Assembly: GCA_964016885.1 (NCBI GenBank)
Contig: OZ024743.1
Span: forward strand, 46,686,001 to 46,750,000
Direction: 5' to 3'
Length of the DNA: 64,000 bases
Source: Eledone cirrhosa
Taxonomy: Eukaryota
A program made the position numbers and the translations under genes. Under the pieces are notes generated by a model that was not told the DNA's origin, ran no database searches, and saw nothing but the letters and a program-made list of their open reading frames with translations. Below are positions 15,101 to 27,007 of this stretch, piece by piece. Each line of letters begins with the position of its first letter. The first letter of the stretch is position 1.

Positions 15101-15564
15101 TAACTGAAGCTAATTTATCATAAAAAAGTAGTTTAAAAAATACAACTACCTCCCCTATCAACTATTTGAAGCAGATTTATTAACTCTTAATGTCCTGTTC
15201 TGCATCAAACCACACAAGCAAAATATTCTTGAAAAGTACAAAACAACACTATGACTTTCTTTAACACTGTAGATTTTCACAAGTAACTGTCCACTAATAA
15301 AAAATACTATACGCAATTGAATTAACAAACCTGTTTTTAGATACTTTCTATTAACTCATTGTAGGATGTTAAGTGTTCAAAAGTGATATTTTGACAAAAC
15401 ATGAGACATTAGTTTTCAGTCCCGTTATTAATCCAATTCAAAATCATGTCAGCAATATATTTGCAACTTTATAAAACTGTTTGTGGTTCATAGTATGCAA
15501 AGCCAACAAAGTACACAGGACTCAAGAAATGGGCTAGATATTAAAATTTAAATATTGTATCTGA

Positions 15565-15875
15565 ACAACATGGCTATGTGGTTAAAGAGTTCACTTGACA
15601 ACCACATGGTTTCAGGTTCACTATGTGGCATCTTGGGAAAGTGTCTTTTACTAAGGTTGACTCAGCCTCATGAGTGAAATTTGGTAGGCAGAAACTGCAG
15701 AAGACTGTCAATGTGTGTGTGTGTACATTTGTGCCTGTGTTTAGTAGTTCAACAAAAAGATCATTAAAATAAATACCAGGCTTGAAAAATAAGTACTGGA
15801 GTCGATATGATAAACTAAATCCCTTCAAAGCAGTGCTCCAGCATGACTACAATTTAATGAAACCAGTAAAAGAGT
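15565..15875 (+). mobile_element. tRNA-derived SINE with aaaataagtactgg.gtcgat tail; related fragments about 600-690, 1575-1750, 9080-9270, 9620-9710, 11825-11905, 14220-14340, 14450-14630
   Basis: A-box-like tggctatgtggttaaaga, CORE-like cttgggaaagtgtctt, and a tail shared with 9629-9705. Confidence 0.6.
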
Positions 15876-16872
15876 AAATTGTAAATACTTTCAATAAAAT
15901 ACTATATAGAAAACCTATATCAAAAAGGAAGATTATGAACTATTTCAGTTATTTCAATTAAATAAATGTGTTTTAAGTCTAATTTATTTTTAAGAGTTCT
16001 TAAAAGTCCATACAAAAAGCTGCATTTTTTTTATTCGTTTAAACTAACAAATTTTATGAACAGCTTCTTTTAAAGTAACAGCCTTGAAACTTAAACCTTT
16101 TGATACTGACCTGTCCAAAATAGTTCTATGAAAGAAAACCACCCATTTTAGAGGACTCCTATTTATGTTAAAACCTTTTTTTTACCTTTTGTTACAAATA
16201 CCATCTTAATGAAATAATAATTTTAGTAAATCCCTCCAAATTCTTCATTAAATAATGCATATTTCATTAGAAATACAGTAATGAAAAGATTAAAACATCC
16301 TATCTATGTCATAGTTAACTCTTAATTGGAATATTACAAAGAAAGAAGTGAAAATAAATTGTATATACAGAATTTTAAAAATTATTATATCAATTCTTAA
16401 AAGAGTGCCTTGTTTTATCTAAAATATACTCCCCCAAAATATTAATAACTACTGAAGTGTTTCATATCTTGTGGTAATACTAATAAGTTGTGTTGCACGT
16501 TGTGTGTCTATGACAATGTTTGAAAATTCCTGGAGCTGTATTCAGTAGATTATGTCAAATTTGTTTGAGATTCTTTATTAATTCAAGCATTGCTACTAAA
16601 TCACTGCTTATATGCTATAAAAGATTTTAATTGTCTTACAAAGATGTGTTCTGAATGCCTATATTAAACTGGGGAAAAGTGTTAAATATATTCAAATCAA
16701 GTGTTTAGTTTTCCTTAAAAGATGAAATAACTACAACGTAACTCTTTCTATGAAGGTTCAACTAGAAAGAGTGAAGATATTCCCTTTTACTACAGAACAC
16801 CAGAAAAGAAAGAAGCCCATAGCACTGAGGCTCAGATAACCATTGCTGTTAAAAATTAAACAAAACTAATAC

Positions 16873-16974
16873 CTGAAGAAGTTCCTAAATCATCACCAAT
16901 AATTTTGAGGAAGTCATTCTGAAGTTCACTGGATAGTAAATCAGCAGGTAAAAGTTCTTTTAAATCACTCTCAT
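16873..16974 (-). CDS. KMT2C: KMT2C/D-like exon, 102 nt (alternative in-frame acceptor would start it at 16998), phase 1-1
   Basis: ttcacag|AT GAG AGT ... TCT TCA G|gtatta. Reads DESDLKELLPADLLSSELQNDFLKIIGDDLGTSS, phase-compatible with the previous exon and similar to KMT2C DILGIISDDL. Confidence 0.75.
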
Positions 16975-18123
16975 CTGTGAAGAATAAATTATTAATTTCT
17001 AAGAAAAATATATAGAGGGAGAGAGAAATTTCATCTTTTAAACTGCTTTCCTGCAAGAGTTGTATTTATCGCTGGTCATAGGGATATATTAAACGAACAT
17101 TTTAAGAAAAAAATTAAGTTTTTATTTAATACAATCATGTGTTTGGTGTGCAAGTCCTAAATTTTATGTTATAATTTTATACATTTGTTTATATAAGTCA
17201 ATAAATTGTTTGTTTGTTTATTTAAACATTTAGAAATAAAAAAAATTTTGTTTGACAAAGTTGAAATATATATGCTGTGACAAATCTAACTGAAGCAAAA
17301 AATTAAACATTACACAGCTAATTCAAATAAACAACAGGTCTGAAAAACAAAAAAATCTGCATCATATGTGCCTGATTATACAATACATTATTTCTTTTTG
17401 ATGAAACAAATGGCTCACACACATATATAAAGACAAACATACACAAATAATTCTATTTTTCACCAAGCATGAGGCAGCAACTGGAAGTTACTAGTTAAGA
17501 GTACAGCACTATATTTAGTTTTTGTTAATCTGGAGAAAGCCTCAATCTGTTATCTGGTGGTCTTTAAGAAAACTTAGGGTAGATGAATGGCTTGTAAGAT
17601 CAATGGAGACCATATACTAAGATTCTATCAGAAAAGTGAAAGTAGGCAATGAGTTTAGTAAGAAATTCAATGTACAGTTCATGAAGGCTCAATTCTCAAA
17701 CCACTCCTAATTATAGTTCTAAAAGCCTTAACAGCAGATGTCCATGTTTGGGAACACCTATATGCTGATGACCTAGTACTGGTAATGAAATCTGCAGAGG
17801 ATTTAGAAGAACCTTCTGATGTGGAAACATATCTGAGAATTGAAAGACCTCAGAGTTAATTCAACAAAGGTTTATTAAGTGGGAAAAGAAGACAGGATCA
17901 TGCTATCATGATGGAATTGGATGTTCTCAATTTACAAAAAAGAAGTAGCTGGAAAACTCCATATAGTGTACTTTCAGGTCTTGAATAATTGACTACCCCC
18001 AATTAATTTTTCAGATTTTTTTCCATACTACCCCCGCTCTGGTAGCATTCCTGCGACAATTAACTTTTTTTATAGATTAAAAAACCTTATACATGACAAA
18101 AAAGTACATTACTAGAAATCCTA

Positions 18124-19113
18124 TCTATATATATAAAACTGTGGTTGTCTGTCTGTCTATCGATTTTTGGCACACATCTCCTCTTAGAATCTCTCACGGA
18201 ATTGCACCGAAATTGCTATACTTGTACATTGAGCCCTAGCGAAGACATCGGAAAAAAAAAAATTTCAAATTGACCCACCCTATGTGACAAAATCGAATAT
18301 AATGTATCGATTTTTGAGCGTAAGTTATCAGTTATTTCCCTTTGTTCTGTTTACATTGAGCGTCTTACGTAAAAAATTACGCTGGCTTTCTCAGCGTTTA
18401 AAATGACATTAACACAATACACGAACAGACAGTTGTCGAGCCAGCAAAATATTGACCTGCAAAATTCATCAGTTCGAACACTAAGCTTCCGTTTTGCTTC
18501 ATTTCCATTTAAAAGCATTTTAAAACAATATTTTTACTTGAAAACAAGTCTATTTAAAGACTAAGTAAAACAAGCAAATATTTCGTCGTTAGGCGTGCAG
18601 ACAGACAGTCGTGCAGACAGACAGTCGTGCAGAGAGGTGATATACGCGTGCAGACAGACAGTCGTGCAGAGAGGTGATATAGGCGTGCAGACAGACAGTC
18701 GTGCAGAGAGGTGATATAGGCGTGCAGACAGACAGTCGTGCAGAGAGGTGATATAGGCGTGCAGACAGACAGCCTTGCAGAGAGGTGATATAGGCGTGCA
18801 GACAGACATAACTGATAATTTGGTTACGCTAATGTTTTTATCTGCGTTGCAGTGTTTACATTTTCGATCTTTGTTAATAAATAACCAGTGCAGTTTTTAT
18901 CCCCAGCATCCTCTTTTGTTATAACATTCGGGTTATCGTTATGTTTTCTTAACTTCATAAGGCATATTGTTGTTTGAGGGAATATTAATCAAAAACACCA
19001 CATGCAAGTTTGCACAGTAGACACTACAGTTTTTAAGCCAAAAAAGAAACTTAACATTGTAACTTTAACACAGCTACTGAGCGACCCCGAGCAACGCCGG
19101 GCTTTACTGCTAG
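18124..19113 (+). mobile_element. Non-autonomous Helitron
   Basis: 5' A|TCTATATATATAAAAC; 3' hairpin cccgagcaacgccggg followed by CTAG|T; no TSD. Confidence 0.85.
18591..18808. repeat. 37-bp GC-rich minisatellite (about 5.5 copies) inside the Helitron
   Basis: Unit aggcgtgcagacagacagtcgtgcagagaggtgatat, with starts at 18681, 18718, 18755, 18792. Confidence 0.95.
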
Positions 19114-20256
19114 TATGTTATAAAATAAATAGAATGGGTTGAGGTCTCAATATATAAACTAAAAGACTGGTTTTTAAAATAATCAACGGAGACAACCTAG
19201 AAAAATTACCAATTTTCCAACCCCCATTTATTTGGGACTCAAGAGTACCCAGTATAAACTAAGTGCACAAGTGATGTGGCAGGATCAGTAACAGATTAAC
19301 AGAAAAGAGCTTTGTGTGGCAGACACAAAAGAGTAGTTCATAGTAAGAAAACCAGCATGATTGATACTTTTTTTCCAATTAAAGAAAGGCTCCATAGAAA
19401 TAGATGATAGTTTCTAGCCCCTAGATGGCCTAATTAGCAGTGGAAGAGAGTGTTCCAAAAGCAAAATAGCCAGAATAAAAACAGGGTAGGAAAAGTTCAA
19501 GGAGCAAATACCTCTGATGGTAACAAAGAGATTCTCTCTCCAAAGGAAGGGTAAATTGCATGACGCCTACATACAAAGAGTGATGTTGCATGATAGCGAG
19601 ACATGAGCACCTTATACAGCAAATGTGCAAGTTAGAAAAAAATAAAACTAGCATGCTGTATTGAATATGGAACATTAATGTGTATGAATAATGAAGCACA
19701 GATAAGTTAAAGGAAAAACTGAGCATAAGGGGAATCAGATGTGATATATATGGAGGATGATCGTTGGGGAAAAGACGTGCCAGGAGCTCCAAGTAAAAGG
19801 CAGCTAAGGAAGAGGAAGACTAAAGAAGACAAGAGCAGAAGTGGTGAAAACTGTTCACTGAATGGTGAACCCCACAGAAGAGATGACAAAGGAGTACAAC
19901 AGATGTAGGAAAACTGTGCTTCAGAGGACTCATTCAACCCATGCAAATATATACATCATATATGCAGAGTATCCACAAAAAATGTATACACACTTTGATT
20001 ACCTATACAGGCAATGTTTCTTAGAATGCTGTTGAAGTGTGTATACATTTTTGGGGGACACCCTAAGAGAGAGAGAGAGAGAGAAATAACAAAACAAATG
20101 ACACAGTACATGGAAGAAATATGTTAGTTTAATGCTTGAAATAACAGGAAGAGAGAGAGAGAAATAGAAGATAAATAGAAAGTAAAGAGCGATAAGAGGA
20201 AGGAATGGGGAAAAAATAAGGGGGAGAAGAAAATGTGCATGCGTATTCAGTCAGCC

Positions 20257-20305
<49 letters not shown>

Positions 20306-23300
20306 TCATCATCATCACCACCATTTTACAGCCGTTCTTCCATGCTAGCATGGGTTAGACGGGTTGTACTGTAGTGGGCAATGTCCAGTCGGCTGACTTT
20401 GTCTTGCTCCTACGGGAACTGATTCTGGCTTGATTTCTACACCAACTTCATTTACAGTGAGTGCTGGATGCTTTTTTTTCCATGGCACCTACACGTCCAA
20501 TATATATATATATATATGATGATGATGATGATATATATATATATATAGACAAGATCCCAGATCTCATTCGCTTAACGAATGGGTTGGAGTTCGTCAAATC
20601 GGACTGAAGAAACAATGTTTCCATTGGTCTTTCCAATTGCTAATACAATCTACCAGTCGCAAATCCAAATCCTCAGTTGTGTCAAAGACATGACAGCTTC
20701 TCCTGTGCACTCGGTGGAGTGTCAACCATACATAAGCGAGACAAAGACCCCTGGCCTGCCTGGGAGATCAGTGGCTCCGCTTCAGTACCGACTTGGTCTA
20801 TGTAGACCCATCCAACCCTTGCTAGCAAGAAAAGTGGATGTTAAAACAACAATGATGATGATGATGATGATGATACATGCATGCAAACATACAAAAATTT
20901 ATTGAAACTTTTAAACTATTTAAAATGAAGTATATATTTATAAGGACAAAATCATGACTAAAAGTATAAGTCTTCTTTATCCAACTCATGACTATGTCTA
21001 CTGTGTACAGTGGAATTACAACCATATATGAGGCATATGTACAATTTGAGCCTAAACACTTCGGTTTTATGTAAAGACTGCAACATTTGTGAAATATCAA
21101 ACACCTAGATGTATACCCAAATCACCATAATTTTTTGTTACCATATTTCCCATAAAATACTCAGCCCACAGATTTCAATTAATTTTGAAAATAATCAAAA
21201 CCTCGGAGGAATTTTTCATTTGTAATCTGATGTTTGGAATATTACTAAACAACAATTTCTTAAAAATAAAATTATGATAGAATGTTTTACTATGGATAGT
21301 TTTGTATCATAGAACCAAAAGCTGATTCACATGGTCAAAATTAACAAACAGGCTAAACAGATTATCAAATATAAACTGATATAGCTGAATCATCAATTGG
21401 AATAGTACTGTGAATATAGTCATGTTATGAGATAAGTGTAGAAACACTGGAAAAATTGGAGAAAACAGCAATTAATATCATTTAACTAAAAGAGAAGCAG
21501 AAATAAATCATTTAAAAAATAGAACAGTAACTCTGAACGAGAGCTGACTCGGACTGTCCAACTCATACCAACATGGAAACCAGGCATAAAAATAATAATA
21601 ATTATAGACATATATATAAACTTTGCTAGCATGGGAAAGTTTAGGTAAAAACAATCACATATATAATCCCAACACAGGATTAAAACTGATCGCTCTATTT
21701 CCATCCATAAAAATACTGTATATATAGACAAGGCATTTACATCTGCCTATAAAATGTTAGAAAAATAATCTATAGATATACTCTGTTTCACATACATAAC
21801 ATATCAACAAAACGGCCACTGCACTCATTTTCAAGCTGTAATACAATTTTAATTAAGACAAATGTGATTTCAAAATGCAACTGCTCTTCATGTTAAATTA
21901 ACACTTCCATTATCATATTTTTCTTAATGAAAGACACTGTCTATTATTTTCAAATCATATTGAAAATCAAGACTTTGGAGGGATTTATTAATATAATTTT
22001 CTCATTATAAAGTATGTATTTGTTACATAAAAGTTCTTACAAAAATTAGGATTAAAGGTTTAATATATAATTGTTTCATATCATAGAACCAAGGGCATTT
22101 TCAGGCAGTTTGGCATCAAAGGGGTTAACAGAAAAATATAAAAAGAAAAAGGAGGCAATAATTTTTTTTTCCCCCTCACTGACCTGCTTTTCGTGGTTAA
22201 CAATACAAAAGAAGTGTCAGCTGAATATTACTATTTAGATTTTAGTTAATATCTTAACCCTTCAATTATATATTGAATTTGGAGAAATTTAATATAATTA
22301 TTATTTCATAGGTGTCACGATGAAAAGCACCCAGCCCACACTGTAAAGTGGTCGTGTAGGGGTCACGACAAAAAGTCCCCAACACACACTGTAAATGTTG
22401 TTGGCGTTAGGAAAGGCATCCAGCTGTAGAAATCTAGCCAGAAACAGTTCTATATGAACAAGGCAGTCACCTGACCCAAATTGTCTCAAATAGGACAACC
22501 TGTCTAACCCATGCTAGCATGGAAAGTGGTCATTAAATGATGATGATTATTATTATTATTATTTCATAAAAGGTTATTTATAATATAACTTAACAAAAAG
22601 TTCAAATAGTGCGGTTGATTTAATCAACTTGCCCCTCCCCACTAGATTGCTGGCCTTGTGCCTTAATTAGAAAATATTAAGCTAGTGTTTGGAATATTAA
22701 GCTATCTTTTTTGACATACTTCGTTTTAACCCTTTTATTATAATTCAAATAAAATACACTGCTCATGTGATTGAATTAATTTTTTAAATAATCAAATTTT
22801 GGAGAAGAAATTTTATAAATTAACTTTTTCATTATATAAAATAATGATTGAAGGTTGTAACATTAGTATAAACACTTAAAAACGGACAGTTTTTGTATCA
22901 TAGAACCAAGGGCGGTTTCAGGAGGGTTAATATCAAAAGGGTTAAGTATCCTAATTTCAGTATCTAAATAAAAGAACAAATGAATCATCATCATCCCCAT
23001 TTAACATCTATTTTCTATGCTTGTATGAGTCAGACGAGTTTGTCACATTATGAGATTAGTTAGGTCAGGTGACCATATCTAGCCGATAAGGATCTGTTGT
23101 TTTTTTTTTTTTACTTGGTTTTTATGGCTGGATACCCTTCCTAATGCCAACAACATTAGTGTGGACTGGGTGCTTTATATTATGACACCAATCATCATGA
23201 TTCCAGCACAACCACCTAACAGAATGGACTGGATGTTTTATATATGTGTTGTTGTTACAGTTCACATATATATATATAGGTTTAACTAGTCCCCTATGAT

Positions 23301-23519
23301 GTTGCATCTCATAGGAGGTTTCTCGGGTGTTTTAATAATAGGGACCCCAGTCATATCATGAAAAACCCTGTGAAATGAAACGTTTTCTTCAAAAACACAT
23401 GCTACCCAGTCCAGGAATTGACCTCATAATCATGAGTCCAACACTGTAACCACTAGCCCATGCACCTTCACTATATATATTGTATGTATATATAAAGAAT
23501 ATTTTTAATTGTTACTTAC

Positions 23520-23730
23520 CAACAATAGGTTGCATTTCTTCAGATTGTTCAGATATGTTAGTTCCTGGTGCAGGTGATGTTGAACCAATGGGAGTTTCTT
23601 CACATAAATCTTTTATGTCTGCATTACTATATTTATGAGAGAAAACTGCCGACTCCCCTTCACTATCACTATCCAGTTTTTCCTTACTGTCTTTACATTT
23701 ATCAAGGAGCATTTTACCAAAAAAGGCTTC
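23520..23730 (-). CDS. KMT2C: KMT2C/D-like exon, 211 nt, phase 0-1
   Basis: ttttag|GAA GCC TTT TTT GGT AAA ... GTT G|gtaagt. EAFFGKMLLD continues the conserved YLQ-EAFFGK.LLD motif. Confidence 0.92.
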
Positions 23731-24691
23731 CTAAAATTAAAAAAAAATTGAAATTATATTATGAATGAAGAATTCAGAATTTGTTTTGATTGAACAAACT
23801 AGTGAATCAGTGAGAGAACACTAGGTTGTAGAATATTTTAATCCTTTAATTACCATATTTCTAATGAAACACACTATCCATGATTTACAAATAATTTTTT
23901 AAATAATCAAGAAATTGAAGGTATATAGTAAAATGACTAACTTTCTCATTAACAGAAGATTTTTAAATAAACACTATAAAACAAAGTTTTGTATCATAGA
24001 ACCAGGGTAGTTTTATGTGGATTGGTATAAGAAGGGTTAAAAAAGATTAAATATATACAACCTAGGTTATCATTAGCGTCAGTCATAAGCCCAAAGGCTC
24101 CTTGGACTAGAGCTGATTCCAGTTTCACTGGCATTAGCCAACTGAAAGTATGGGGCACTAATCTGCTGCAGCTGCTGGTGGTACACATTTTTTTGCTGGG
24201 TAGACTACAGAAATGTTGAAATGTGTCTTGCTGAAAGACACAATGCAGCACCCAGGAATCAAACCCACAACCTTACAATCGTGAGCTCAACACATTAACA
24301 CCTAGGTCGCTCACTTTCACAAATAATTTAGAACCAAAGTAAGTGAATGAGTTTAACCCTTTTGATGCTAAACTGCCTGAAACTACCACTGGTTCTATGA
24401 GACGAAGCTGTTTGTTTTAAAATTTATCTAAAACCCTCCATCATAATTTTATGTAAAAAAATTTTAAGTTAAGTCTCAAACACCAGCTTAACAATGAGAA
24501 AGTTGGTGGTTTTACTAAATCACTCCAAATTCCTGATTATTTTCAAAATTATTTGAAAATCATAAGAGTTTTTTTTTAATAGAAAAAACATTCTGATCAA
24601 GTAAGCACATATTTTTATGTGTCTGTATGAAAAATTCCATAATTACTGAATCAGTTGTCGATAAGAATGGAAAATATTTTTATGAATGCAT

Positions 24692-25025
24692 GGAGGCTCA
24701 TGGCTTAGTGGTTAGAGCATTGGCTTTGCAATCGAAAGGTTGTGAGTTCAATTCTCAGACCAGGTGATGTGTTGTTTCCTTGAGCAAGACACTTTATTTC
24801 ACATTGCTCCAGTTTACTCAGCTGTAGAAATGAGATGATAGGGACTGGGGTCCCTATCATTCCACTGCAAAGTGGTCGTGGAGGTGCCACGGCAAAAAAG
24901 CACCCAGCACTCACTGTAAATGAGGTTGGTGTTAGGAAGGGCATCCAGCTGTAGAAATCAAGCCAGAATCAGTTCCCGTCCCACCCTTGCAAGCAGGGAA
25001 AAGCAGACGTAAAATGATGATGATG
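24692..25025 (+). mobile_element. Young tRNA-derived CORE-SINE with RTE-shared 3' tail; full copies also at 39575-39908 and 59205-59547; partial at 36897-37168(+), 40937-41076(-), 44090-44272(-)
   Basis: A box tggcttagtgg, B box gagttcaattc, MIR-core-like ccttgagcaagacactt...cagtttactcagctgtagaaatg, then a tail nearly identical to the RTE 3' UTR, ending (ATG)n. Confidence 0.88.
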
Positions 25026-25582
25026 AAACGTTTTAATTTAGGTGAACATCTTATCAAATGTATGAAAAGTTCAACTGGTTATTGATTCAAGACAAGGGTT
25101 TATGTTTCATTCAACAAAGAAATTAATAAGTTTAAAACATTCTCTAATGCAGTGATCAGCAATTTCATTTTGTAGTAGCTCACTTTTGAAATTTTTATAG
25201 TATTCCCAAGAACCATGTTATATAAAGAAATGAAATGCAATTTACAGTTTGCACTGGTTTAACTGGCCTTGTACACGGTTGTATCTCATGTTTCTCAGGT
25301 GTTTAAATGATAGGATCCCTAGTCTTATCATGAAAAGCAATGTGAAATAAAGCATCTTGCTCAAGATTACAATATGATGCCTGGTCCAGAAATCAAATTC
25401 ACCAATCGAACACCTTAACCACTAGGTCAAATGCCTTCACATATTATATAATACATATAAAAATTTGAAACACTTTGATGTTCTCCAAACTTCAATTGCT
25501 ATTTTTTTTTATATAATCTTATTTTTTTAACAAAATCTTATTTTACAAGAATAAAAAATTTCAAAATTGATCAATACTTTAC

Positions 25583-25722
25583 CTGAAGATAAGATGGAAA
25601 ACTATCTTCCAGTTGACTTTTCCTTTTCTGTCTACGACGTTTCTTTATTTTATCTGATATCAATCCACTAAATGACAAATCGGTCATTGAAGAATGTCCT
25701 TCATCAATACTGCTGCCATCAA
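25583..25722 (-). CDS. KMT2C: KMT2C/D-like exon, 140 nt, phase 1-0 (not in ORF track)
   Basis: ttttag|TT GAT GGC ... CTT CAG|gtaaag. Reads IDGSSIDEGHSSMTDLSFSGLISDKIKKRRRQKRKSQLEDSFPSYLQ, matching KMT2C/D KKRYRKRKNKLEETFPAYLQ. Confidence 0.92.
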
Positions 25723-26356
25723 CTAAAATTTAAGAAAATTAAATTTTTAAAATATTAGATTTTAAAATCTGTACTATATTAGACAGTGGTTTGTTACAAC
25801 TCTGCTCAAACCTATGTAGATTTAGCTGGCTTTCTATGAGATAGCATCAGGAGGTTTTGGGAGTGCTTCAATGATAGGGGCCCCAGTCCTATCACAAAAA
25901 TACTCTCTCAGTTGTTGCTGGCACTAAATTTTTTTAGCTGACTAGGCTGGAGTAAACTGAAATGTAACATATTGCTCAAGGACACAATGCATCACCTAGT
26001 CCAGGAATCAAACCCATGACCTTATGAACAAGAATACAGCATCCTAACCTAGGCCACACACCTTCACACCATAACATCAGACTGCATAATATAATATTCA
26101 CTCACATCTATAAAACTAAAAAAGTTTATTTATTTATTGACAAATCTTTTCATATGTTTGAAATTTAAATAATTTCTTGTCTAACTAATTTTAAAAAAGT
26201 CTGTCCCATGCCTGCAGGATACTCATTTTCAGCTAAGCTGACTGGAGGAACATGAAATGAACTGTTTTCTTCAAGGAAATGAACTCCTGACATTAAGATC
26301 ATAAGCCATAACTACTAGGCTGCACAGCTTTGCAAATGCCTTAGAGGAGATACATT

Positions 26357-26394
<38 letters not shown>

Positions 26395-26581
26395 GTTGGC
26401 ATTGGGAAGGGCATCCAGCCATAGAAAACCAACCAGAAACACGCCTATATGAGCGAGACACGGTCACCTGACACAACATGCCTCAAAATAGGACCCGTCT
26501 AACCCATGCTAGCGTGGAAGATGGACGTTAATTGATGATGATGATAATTAAGAACTTCAAATTAATTTTTTTTGTACTAAC

Positions 26582-26698
26582 TTGCATTTCCTATTTCTGA
26601 TTTCAATAGATCTTCATTAACATCAACCTGACGAGATGGTGACTGACGACTTGCGGTCAGGCGAACATTTCTTTGCCGAACTATAAAACCACCCACTC
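26582..26698 (-). CDS. KMT2C: KMT2C/D-like exon, 117 nt, phase 1-1 (not in ORF track)
   Basis: attacag|GA GTG GGT GGT TTT ... GCA A|gttagt. Reads GVGGFIVRQRNVRLTASRQSPSRQVDVNEDLLKSEIGNA, matching the KMT2C/D motif GIGGFMVRQR. Confidence 0.9.
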
Positions 26699-26842
26699 CT
26701 GTAATCAGAACATTTATATAAGAAATGTTAATCAACCAAATCTAATTTTTTTTTTTTTAATACTATAATAAAGATCAAAATTTCATCAATAAAATGATGA
26801 AAATCCAATCAAATCAAGGCCCCAAAACCTTTAGAAACCTAC

Positions 26843-27007
26843 CAAGACCTAATTGCTTTCTTTGTCGTTTTTTCTTAATCATTTCTTCACCATTTCCTTC
26901 TTCCATTTTAACATCTTCAAGCTGAGGAATCATTGTTGATTGACATGATCTGAAGACTGAATCAGAATCCATATCAGATCCTTTCATTTCAGTCGAAATG
27001 TCCATAT
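26843..27007 (-). CDS. KMT2C: KMT2C/D-like exon, 165 nt, phase 1-1
   Basis: ttttag|AT ATG GAC ... GGT CTT G|gtaggt. Reads DMDISTEMKGSDMDSDS...KKKRQRKQLGL. Confidence 0.88.

Larger units (their letters stand above)
17971..19245. mobile_element. TA-flanked Tc1/mariner-type MITE nested in the old RTE
   Basis: TA|ctttcaggtcttgaataa ... ttatttgggactcaagag|TA degenerate inverted ends. Removing it restores continuous RTE sequence (aactccatatagtgTAcccagtataaac). Confidence 0.65.
17460..19946 (+). mobile_element. Old degenerate RTE LINE (RT to 3' end), split by nested DNA elements
   Basis: Alignable by eye to the 30080-31330 copy (ctggagaaagcc, gtagatgaatggcttgt, tatgctgatgacct = YADDL); many stops. 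Confidence 0.8.

Noticed and set aside
18591-18808. 37-bp repeats resembling a CRISPR array
   Set aside because: Head-to-tail units with no unique spacers, no cas genes, eukaryotic context.
24692-24770. tRNA-like sequence (TTTGCAA loop), also at 39575 and 59205
   Set aside because: Stems are imperfect and it continues into CORE and RTE tail; a SINE head, not a tRNA gene.
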